Below, piece after piece: positions 18,076-24,739 of a stretch of DNA of 24,739 nt; positions within the stretch are counted from its first letter, which is position 1; the number at the start of each line of letters is the position of its first letter. This stretch comes from an uncultured Deferribacteres bacterium. Its GTDB lineage: Bacteria; Zhuqueibacterota; Zhuqueibacteria; Zhuqueibacterales; Geothermadaptataceae. The notes beneath the pieces are model-generated. The model saw only the letters and a list, made by a program, of their open reading frames with translations. It had not been told where the DNA came from and did not search any database. The stretch lies in assembly GCA_964014485.1 (NCBI GenBank), contig CAXHAT010000119.1:1-24739 (forward strand). Direction: 5' to 3'. Both the position numbers and the translations under genes were made by a program.

Positions 18076-18106
18076 CAAGTTCTTTAACCAGTTTTACAAG
18101 AGGCTC

Positions 18107-19507
18107 TTACATGTCAAAAAATTTCCAATTGCCGCCGCGAAAACGCCAATAATTTAGGATCAGCCGGCTTGTTTCTGTCGTGGTATGGACAATCCAAAAT
18201 CCCCAGAGCGAGAGATTGAAAACAAAACCCGTCAACCAACTCACGCCTAATTCAAAAACAAGAACGCAGGCGATTGTAATCCACATCAGCCATTTCAAAT
18301 CACCGGCGCCGCGCAAGTTGCCCATTAAAACCGCGTCCACAGCCTTTGGGATTTGCACCAGGGCAAAAAGCCCCACGACGACTTTCCCAGTTCGAATTAC
18401 CTGTGGATCGTCCGTGAACATATCAAACATAAAGTCCGCAAAAACAAGCATCCCGGCGCTAATCGCAACGGCAAAAACGAAAATCACCCAGCCGCTTGTT
18501 TCGGCGGTTTTCTCCGCAAGCTTCTGTTGCTCCGCGCCAAGATTCTTTCCCATGAGCGACATTGCGCCGAGGCTAAAACCCATGTAAACCATAGACAGCA
18601 CGGATTGGATGCGCAAGAAAACCTGATGCGCCGCAAGAACAGTGATGCTGATCACTCCCGCATAAGTTGACACGACGAGCAACCCCGCCGCCCAAACCAA
18701 TTGCTCAAGCGTTGTCGGCAGCCCCGCTTTAAACAGGCGTTTGAATGTAGCCCAGTTGGGGCGGGTGATCTCCATAAAGGCAAGGAAAAGCGCGCTCCTC
18801 CGGCTGCGCAGAAGATAGATTGTCCCCATCGATCCGACTGTGTGAGAGATTCCAACCGCCAATGCGGCGCCGTAAACTTCAAGTCTCGGAAATCCCCAAA
18901 GTCCGAAAATAAGCGCTGGCGCGAGAATCAAATTGAGCACATTCGTGCCGACGTTCACGAACATTGAGTTGATCGTTTCCCCGGCGCCGCGCACCACGCC
19001 AATGGCGATAAAATTTAAGATGATCAAGGGCGCGAACATAGAAATTGTCCGCAAATAAGTCACGCCAGCTCGTCTGGCTTCTCCGGTTTCTTCTCGGATC
19101 AAGCTTAAGAGTTGCGGAGCGCCGAAGTACCAAACGAGTGTGATGATGATTGCTAAACCAACGCCGATAATCAATGTTTGGCCCAGGATATGATTGGCTT
19201 CCCAATGGTTCCCCGCCCCCAATTTGCGCGTGACAATAAGCGAGGCGCCGACGATAAATGTGAGCAGCACCGTCATAGAGAGCACGATCACTTGAATCGC
19301 GATTCCGACGCCGCCGAAGGCCGCCGCACTGATTTGGCCGATAAAAATAGCTTCGACCGTCCACATTATCGTTTGAGAAGACAAATCGACCACTGCGGGG
19401 AGTGAGGTGACAAGAACTGACTTGAGGGGGGATTTTGCTTTCGAAGGTTCTTCCACAGCCTGCTGTAATTCTCTTTTTAAAAGATTAAGCTTGCGCGTCT
19501 CTCTCAT
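18107..19507 (-). CDS. MATE family transporter
   Basis: About 12 TM segments in two repeats; RGAGET..SM, NLILAPALIFGLWGFPRLEVYGAALA, LRGAGD motifs. Confidence 0.9.
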   Translation of the reverse strand: MRETRKLNLLKRELQQAVEEPSKAKSPLKSVLVTSLPAVVDLSSQTIMWTVEAIFIGQISAAAFGGVGIAIQVIVLSMTVLLTFIVGASLIVTRKLGAGNHWEANHILGQTLIIGVGLAIIITLVWYFGAPQLLSLIREETGEARRAGVTYLRTISMFAPLIILNFIAIGVVRGAGETINSMFVNVGTNVLNLILAPALIFGLWGFPRLEVYGAALAVGISHTVGSMGTIYLLRSRRSALFLAFMEITRPNWATFKRLFKAGLPTTLEQLVWAAGLLVVSTYAGVISITVLAAHQVFLRIQSVLSMVYMGFSLGAMSLMGKNLGAEQQKLAEKTAETSGWVIFVFAVAISAGMLVFADFMFDMFTDDPQVIRTGKVVVGLFALVQIPKAVDAVLMGNLRGAGDLKWLMWITIACVLVFELGVSWLTGFVFNLSLWGFWIVHTTTETSRLILNYWRFRGGNWKFFDM

Positions 19508-19534
19508 TTCTTAAAAGAGACGCGCCGCTATGGA

Positions 19535-20854
19535 CTATTTATCGTAGTACTCCAGACCCAGGTGGGTAATCAAATCTTCGCCTTTCATGTGACGAAGCGT
19601 GTTTTTCAACTTCACAAGCTGGATAAAAATATCGTGTTCGGGGTAAAGGCCGTCGGCGACCATCGGGCTCTTGAAATAGAACGACAACCATTCTTGAATA
19701 CCGCTCATGCCTGAACGCTGCGCCAAGTCCATGAAAAGAGCCAGATCGAGCACGATCGGGGCTGCAAGAATGCTGTCGCGACACAGAAAGTCGACTTTGA
19801 TTTGCATCTCGTAGCCAAGCCAGCCGAAAATGTCAATGTTGTCCCAGCCTTCTTTATTATCGCCGCGCGGCGGGTAGTAGTTGATTCGCACTTTGTGATA
19901 CAAGTCTTTGTAAAGGTCAGGGTGTTTTTCGGGCTGAAGGATATATTCGAGAACGCCTAACTTGCTGACTTCCTTCGACTTGAAAGATGCTGGATCGTCC
20001 AAAACCTCGCCGTCGCGGTTGCCAAGAATATTGGTCGAGAACCAGCCGTTGACGCCAATGAGACGGGATTTAAAACCAGGCGCAAGAATGGTTTTCATCA
20101 AGGTTTGCCCGGTCTTGAAATCTTTCCCGCAAACCGGAGCCTTGGTTTGTTCGGATAATTCGAGAATGGCTGGAACGTCGACGGTCAAGTTCGGGGCGCC
20201 GTTGGCGTAAGGCACGCCTTCTTTGAGTGCTGCATAAGCATAGATCATGCTGGGCGCAATCGCCTCATGATTCTCTCTCATGCCCTGCTCAAACGCCGCA
20301 AGTGAAGCATGCACTGGTCCCGGTTCAATATAAACTTCCGTGCTGCCGCACCATACCATAACGGCGCGCGAGAGGCCATTTTCGCTCTTGAAGTTGCGAA
20401 TATCTTCGCGCAATTGATCCGCCAAATCCATTTTGGTGGCGCCTTCCTTGATGTACGTGCCGTGCAGTTTTTTGACATAGGCCGGATCAAAAACGGCCTT
20501 CATCGGCTTGACTGCCTCAAGTTCGGGGCGAATGCTGTTTAAAAGTTCTTTTTCAAGAACGCCCGCGTTTAAAGCCGACTCATAAGCATTGTCTTCAAAT
20601 AAGTCCCATCCCCCGAAAACGATATCTTCAAGCCCGGCCAAAGGAACAAAATCCTTGATCGGCGGCGTACGGTCTTCGGTTCTTTTGCCAAGTCGGATCG
20701 TCCCCATTTGCGTTAACGAACCAATCGGCTTGCCTAAGCCTTGCCGAATAGCTATGACGCCGGCAATAAAAGTCGTCGCAACAGCCCCCATGCCCGGCGT
20801 TAGAATGCCCAGTTTGCCTTCCGCCGGTTTAATTGATTTCACTTTGGATTCCAT
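19535..20854 (-). CDS. ino1: Myo-inositol-1-phosphate (inositol-3-phosphate) synthase
   Basis: GWD, VMVWCGSTE, GKDFKTGQT, NILGNRDG, SKEVSK, GDNKEGWD, CRDSILAAP..LDL, SFYFKSP. Confidence 0.95.
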   Translation of the reverse strand: MESKVKSIKPAEGKLGILTPGMGAVATTFIAGVIAIRQGLGKPIGSLTQMGTIRLGKRTEDRTPPIKDFVPLAGLEDIVFGGWDLFEDNAYESALNAGVLEKELLNSIRPELEAVKPMKAVFDPAYVKKLHGTYIKEGATKMDLADQLREDIRNFKSENGLSRAVMVWCGSTEVYIEPGPVHASLAAFEQGMRENHEAIAPSMIYAYAALKEGVPYANGAPNLTVDVPAILELSEQTKAPVCGKDFKTGQTLMKTILAPGFKSRLIGVNGWFSTNILGNRDGEVLDDPASFKSKEVSKLGVLEYILQPEKHPDLYKDLYHKVRINYYPPRGDNKEGWDNIDIFGWLGYEMQIKVDFLCRDSILAAPIVLDLALFMDLAQRSGMSGIQEWLSFYFKSPMVADGLYPEHDIFIQLVKLKNTLRHMKGEDLITHLGLEYYDK

Positions 20855-20925
20855 TCACATTCTCCTCATTTTTTGCTGATTCCTCCACAAGCAACGAGGC
20901 GGCCAGGCGGCCTCGCGACTGTTGT

Positions 20926-21582
20926 TTACTCTTCGGTAATGATTTCTTTTAACTTGTCTTCATTTTCTTGTTGCCAGACATGATACAAACGATGCAGCGC
21001 GGTATGATTGGCTAAAACCGCAACCAGCGTCAAGGCAAAAATCAACATAAACTCAGCGATTACCGCACCAAATGCGATGCAAACGACGCGTTCCGGACGC
21101 TGCATCAAGCCAACCTTGCACTCGAATCCCAAAGATTCCGCGCGCGCTCTCACATAGCTAACCATAATCGACCCGCCGAGGGCAAAAGAAACGATCACAG
21201 CTGCGAATTGGTCCCAAAAGGAAGTGTCCGGCGAAGAAAGCGCGTTTGTGCCGAAATAATAAGCCATGCCAAAAAACAGAATAACTTCGGAATAACGATC
21301 CAGCGTCGAATCGTACAAGGCGCCAAACTTCGTCACGCGGTTTGTAGCGCGCGCAACGCGGCCGTCAATAATATCGAATATGCCGGAAAGCAGCATGACC
21401 AGCCCTGCGCTGCGTAAATGCCCGGCGCCAAACAAAAAACCGCCGATTACGCTGGCGACAAAACCAATGCTGGTGAAAAAATTGGGATTTAATTCAAGCT
21501 TAACAAAGAAGGCGACAAGCGGTGCGGTTACGTCGAGGAACCAGGCTTTTGTCTTATCGGGAAGTATGACGATTTTCGGCAA
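20926..21582 (-). CDS. CDP-alcohol phosphatidyltransferase, likely phosphatidylinositol-phosphate synthase type
   Basis: Signature DIIDGRVARATNRVTKFGALYDSTLDRYSE, plus SYVRARAESLG and G...RPER; TTG start; directly upstream of ino1. Confidence 0.88.
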   Translation of the reverse strand: MPKIVILPDKTKAWFLDVTAPLVAFFVKLELNPNFFTSIGFVASVIGGFLFGAGHLRSAGLVMLLSGIFDIIDGRVARATNRVTKFGALYDSTLDRYSEVILFFGMAYYFGTNALSSPDTSFWDQFAAVIVSFALGGSIMVSYVRARAESLGFECKVGLMQRPERVVCIAFGAVIAEFMLIFALTLVAVLANHTALHRLYHVWQQENEDKLKEIITEE

Positions 21583-22327
21583 GTGATGATCCTTTCCGTT
21601 TATTTTTCAAAGCGCCTTCAACGATGATGACAAATTCTCCTTTCGGCGCTTTTGCGGTAAAATGTTCAATCGCCGAAGCAACCGGCTCACGAACAATTTC
21701 TTCAAATTTTTTGGTTAGTTCTCTGGCTATGGCAACGTTTCGGTTGCCAAGGTAACGATGAACGTCCTTCAACGTTCTTAAAACGCGATAGGGCGCTTCG
21801 TAAAAAATCATGGTGCGCGGCTCTTCCCGCAAAGCTTCGAAGAACGTTTTCCGCCCTTTCTTTTGAGGCGGAAATCCTTCGAACGTGAAACGATGCAAAG
21901 GCAGTCCCGAGAGCACCAATGCAGGAACAAACGCCGTAGCGCCCGGCAAGGCTTGAACCGGTAAATCTTGCCGCAACGCTTCTCGAATCAAGTAAAATCC
22001 GGGATCGGAAATTCCAGGCGTACCGGCGTCGGAAATCAGGCCGATTTTGTCGCCTGCTTGCAGTCGAGCGATGATTCCGGGCGTGCGTTTTTCCTTGTTA
22101 AAATCGTGATAACTGGAGATTTGAGTGGAAATATTGTAACAGTCGAGCAGCTTCCGGCTGTGCCGCGTATCTTCGGCCAGTATCAGGTCAACGCATTGCA
22201 AAGCGTCAAGCGCTCGCAGCGTAATGTCGCGCAGATTGCCGATTGGCGTGCTGATTATATATAACGTTCCATGTTCAAACTCTTCTCGACGTGCGGCGCC
22301 AAAATCCGCATCCATCCAATTTTCCAT
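21554..22327 (-). CDS. rsmI: 16S rRNA (cytidine1402-2'-O)-methyltransferase
   Basis: LYIISTPIGNLRDIT.RAL, AEDTR, SDAGTPGISDPG, FYEAPYR, ARELTKKFEE, KGEFV. Confidence 0.96.
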   Translation of the reverse strand: MENWMDADFGAARREEFEHGTLYIISTPIGNLRDITLRALDALQCVDLILAEDTRHSRKLLDCYNISTQISSYHDFNKEKRTPGIIARLQAGDKIGLISDAGTPGISDPGFYLIREALRQDLPVQALPGATAFVPALVLSGLPLHRFTFEGFPPQKKGRKTFFEALREEPRTMIFYEAPYRVLRTLKDVHRYLGNRNVAIARELTKKFEEIVREPVASAIEHFTAKAPKGEFVIIVEGALKNKRKGSSLAENRHTSR

Positions 22328-22358
22328 TCAAGTTCTTGATACGCGCAAATAGGCGGCG

Positions 22359-22387
22359 AGAATAGCGACTCATGGCTTCAAAGTCAA
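22359..22387 (-). promoter_or_regulatory. Putative sigma-70 promoter for the rsmI-led gene run
   Basis: Minus strand TTGACT (22387-22382), 17-bp spacer, TATTCT (22364-22359). Confidence 0.55.
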
Positions 22388-22412
22388 GCGATATAGAATG
22401 AAGCTGATTTAC

Positions 22413-22441
22413 TTGACAGCACTACTAGTTTTTTCCATATT
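22413..22441 (+). promoter_or_regulatory. Putative sigma-70 promoter for the PQQ-propeller/TonB pair
   Basis: TTGACA (22413-22418), 17-bp spacer, CATATT (22436-22441). Confidence 0.55.
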
Positions 22442-22487
22442 GTCCTATTTTTATAGTAGGGAAATTCATTGAAAACTCGGGGCGATA

Positions 22488-23654
22488 ATGAGCAATAAGC
22501 AGTGGGCGAATGCTCTGTTTTCTTTCCTTGCTTCCATCATTTTAATGCAGTGTTCTCCCAGAATTATCAACCAGGTTGAGCATGACGCCTGGCCTTCTTT
22601 TCGCAGAACGTCACACAATCAGGGCAATGCGCCAACCAATCTCAAGGCGCCGCTGGAACTCTCGTTAGTCGTGGACGTTGACGACAAAATCAGATCGACC
22701 GCAGCCGCGAACGGCGAAGATGTATATTTTGCCGACTGGACCGGCGCCGTGCAATCCCTCGACATTGTCAGCGGCGAAAGGCGGTGGAAAAGCATGACCG
22801 GAGATTATGTAACCGGCTCCCCCACGCTCATTGGAGATCGCGCAATTATCGGATCGTGCGACAAATCGGTGTACGCGTTTTCTCTAGAAACCGGCAAGCG
22901 GCTTTGGAAATTTGAAACCGAAGAAATGGTGATCACCTCGCCGATCATCTATAAAAATCTGGCTGTAATCGGAAGCAGCGACGGCTGCATTTACGGGTTG
23001 GATTGGAGGAGCGGCAAGAAGAGATGGCAGCGTTGCACGGAAGGCGTCGTCACATCATCCGCAGCGATTTACAAAGACCGCGTCTATGTCGGGACGACGG
23101 ACGCATCGCTGCTTTGCCTTAGCGCAAAAGACGGCGAACCGCTTTGGCTGCTGCCAACGGAAAAAGGCGTCGTGACCTCGCCGATGATTGCGGAAGACAA
23201 AGTGTTTTTTGGCGATTGGGCCGGCGCCTTTCGCGCTGTTCAGCCGGACTCTGGTCGTGTTTTGTGGCAAATGCAATGTAACGCCAAAATCGACGCTTCA
23301 GCGGCGTATGCAAATGGAACCGTCTTTTGGACGGACATGTCCGGCGTGCTTTACGCCGCCCTTGCCGCTACAGGAGAACCGTTGTGGCAAGCATCTCTCG
23401 GCTCTCCGGCCATCAGTTCGGTTATCGCCGATGCGGAGCACGTTTATGTCGCTCGTAATTCCGGCCGGAGGCCAAACGGCTTGCGCGGCGGGCGCATTTA
23501 TATGTTCCGACAAGCGGACGGCGACTTGCTGTGGTCGTTTGGCCTGGAAGGGGAAGTCTACGCTTCTCCAATTATCCATCGCGGCCAGCTTATAATCGGC
23601 ACGGAAAAAGGCAAGCTCTACACCTTCAGGTCGGCTCAGGGGGAAGAGAAATGA
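22488..23654 (+). CDS. PQQ-like beta-propeller repeat lipoprotein (BamB-like)
   Basis: Lipobox-like IILMQC, WPSFR..N.G segment, and repeated 'SP.I....V..GS.DG..YA....TG...W' blades. Confidence 0.85.
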   Translation: MSNKQWANALFSFLASIILMQCSPRIINQVEHDAWPSFRRTSHNQGNAPTNLKAPLELSLVVDVDDKIRSTAAANGEDVYFADWTGAVQSLDIVSGERRWKSMTGDYVTGSPTLIGDRAIIGSCDKSVYAFSLETGKRLWKFETEEMVITSPIIYKNLAVIGSSDGCIYGLDWRSGKKRWQRCTEGVVTSSAAIYKDRVYVGTTDASLLCLSAKDGEPLWLLPTEKGVVTSPMIAEDKVFFGDWAGAFRAVQPDSGRVLWQMQCNAKIDASAAYANGTVFWTDMSGVLYAALAATGEPLWQASLGSPAISSVIADAEHVYVARNSGRRPNGLRGGRIYMFRQADGDLLWSFGLEGEVYASPIIHRGQLIIGTEKGKLYTFRSAQGEEK

Positions 23655-24586
23655 ACAAATTTGCGGCACTGCCCGGTCAGCGCGATTCAAGCGGTCCGCC
23701 CCTCTTAGCGCGACGTTTCGGATGGCTTCTTTTCTGGGTTTCGTTGACATGCTCAACCGTCTTCGCACAAAACAATGATTCTACAAAAACGAGGGAGCAG
23801 GTCAAAAAGGCGGCCAAGCAATCATTTCGCCCTAAAATGTCTTTCGAACAATTCCTGGCTTTCACGCTGCCTCACCTTCATCTTGCGGCAAAGAGTTACC
23901 GGGTTTATTCAAATCCTGCGAATGACACGCTCTCCCAGAAAGATCGCGACCGACAATACACAGCCGCTGCAAGCGCCTTGTTTCAGCCCTTCGTCTGGTT
24001 TCAAGGAATTAAAAAAGAAGATTGGATATTTGACGACGGCGTTTTGGAACAGCTTGAGTTTTACGATGAAAGAGTCAAAACCGGCATTCGCTGGTATGCT
24101 GAATTCCTGGGAAACCCGCAGTTCGAGGCGTTCACCAACGCCGCACCGGAAGAACTCTGGCAAGGCAATTTTGCTCGGAGCGGATTAGACCGCCTCACGA
24201 TTTTGGAGCTGCGTTCCGAATTAGTCGACTTATGCAAAAAAACATTGCAGCAAGCGGAGACAATCCCTGTAGAATTCAGGCGAAAATATAGCGATCGCAA
24301 CAAAAAATATGACGAGCCGGCCGTACCTCTCGGCGGTTACGCGGTTTTACAAAAATCCCTAAATCAAGCGGTCACAGCTCACGAAAACTATTCCGCCGGC
24401 ATCATCAACGTAAAAGCGCTGATTTCTGAAACAGGAAAAGTATTGCGAACCCGAGTATTAAAAAGCAGCGGTTCGCAGTCAATCGATCAGGCCGCGCTCA
24501 AAGTTGTCAAGAGCGCGAAATGGCGTCCGTCAAAATTTAACGGCGTCCCATTTAAAACCGACGTGATCATCCCCTTGCGTTTTTAG
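23651..24586 (+). CDS. Exported protein with C-terminal TonB-C domain
   Basis: ATG 23651 overlaps the upstream TGA (ATGA); signal-like segment ending VFA/Q; C-terminal G.I.VKALISETGKV....VLKSSG...IDQAALKVVKSAKWRP...G.P......IPLRF. Confidence 0.8.
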   Translation: MNKFAALPGQRDSSGPPLLARRFGWLLFWVSLTCSTVFAQNNDSTKTREQVKKAAKQSFRPKMSFEQFLAFTLPHLHLAAKSYRVYSNPANDTLSQKDRDRQYTAAASALFQPFVWFQGIKKEDWIFDDGVLEQLEFYDERVKTGIRWYAEFLGNPQFEAFTNAAPEELWQGNFARSGLDRLTILELRSELVDLCKKTLQQAETIPVEFRRKYSDRNKKYDEPAVPLGGYAVLQKSLNQAVTAHENYSAGIINVKALISETGKVLRTRVLKSSGSQSIDQAALKVVKSAKWRPSKFNGVPFKTDVIIPLRF

Positions 24587-24611
24587 CGCCCTCGTTCACT
24601 GCAATTTATTC

Positions 24612-24692
24612 ACTGATGTTACGCGCCGGTTCTATAGAACAGCACGCGATTATTAACGTCATTCGGTGGAGGCGCTACCATCAACCTAATTT
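24612..24692 (+). repeat. Third copy of the (A)CTGATGTTACGC TIR, truncated by the contig end
   Basis: ACTGATGTTACGCGC at 24612-24626 is identical to 11832-11846 and is followed by the palindrome GTTCTATAGAAC (24629-24640). Confidence 0.55.
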
Positions 24693-24739
24693 CTGTCTCT
24701 TATACACATCTCCGAGCCCACGAGACTCCATTGCATCGC
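24693..24739 (+). other. Illumina Nextera adapter contamination (mosaic end + read-2 adapter + i7 index)
   Basis: CTGTCTCTTATACACATCTCCGAGCCCACGAGAC (24693-24726), then 8-nt index TCCATTGC, then ATC. Confidence 0.99.

Noticed and set aside
20895..20915. CGAGGC/GCCTCG hairpin between the phosphatidyltransferase gene and ino1
   Set aside because: Small stem without a clear U-tract; at most an mRNA stability element, with too little evidence to call.
23531..23650. Extended start of the TonB-C ORF
   Set aside because: It overlaps the propeller gene by 124 bp; ATG 23651 with ATGA coupling and a purine-rich RBS is more plausible.
27..24711. Whole window as a Tn5-like transposon bounded by 19-bp inverted ends
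   Set aside because: The ends are Nextera mosaic ends with adjoining primer and index sequence; there is no transposase and the cargo is housekeeping genes.

Overview
A 24.7-kb bacterial contig with untrimmed Illumina Nextera adapter and index sequence at both ends (1-45 and 24693-24739). The gene content (TolC, lipoproteins, TonB-C, BamB-like propeller) indicates a diderm host; an FCB-group lineage such as KSB1 or Calditrichota is my impression only. It is mostly core/housekeeping DNA. The + strand carries a 5'-truncated flotillin, an exported beta-barrel-like protein, an M20 peptidase T-like enzyme, Hsp15, an NTF2/SnoaL lipoprotein and an extended SDR. The - strand carries rsmI, a CDP-alcohol phosphatidyltransferase, inositol-1-phosphate synthase, MATE, tmk, an embedded antitoxin-VapC pair, an S41 protease, ppdK, an MtnX-like HAD, a CCA-type enzyme and Yip1-TolC-ABC ATPase. 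A divergent PQQ-propeller lipoprotein plus TonB-C gene pair closes the window. The most unusual signals are intergenic: (i) a 206-bp fold-back MITE-like element with a target-site duplication; (ii) a 247-bp TIR/TSD element that encloses a REPIN-like doublet, with a third TIR copy near the contig end; (iii) two inverted CCAnnAnT octamer arrays; (iv) a 51-codon membrane microprotein ORF with an in-frame TGA overlapped by a hairpin; and (v) a ~220-nt candidate structured RNA upstream of ppdK. Among the genes, an inositol-lipid synthesis pair adjacent to a MATE transporter and an incomplete Yip1/TolC/ABC exporter are notable. I found no tRNA, rRNA, CRISPR array or transposase.
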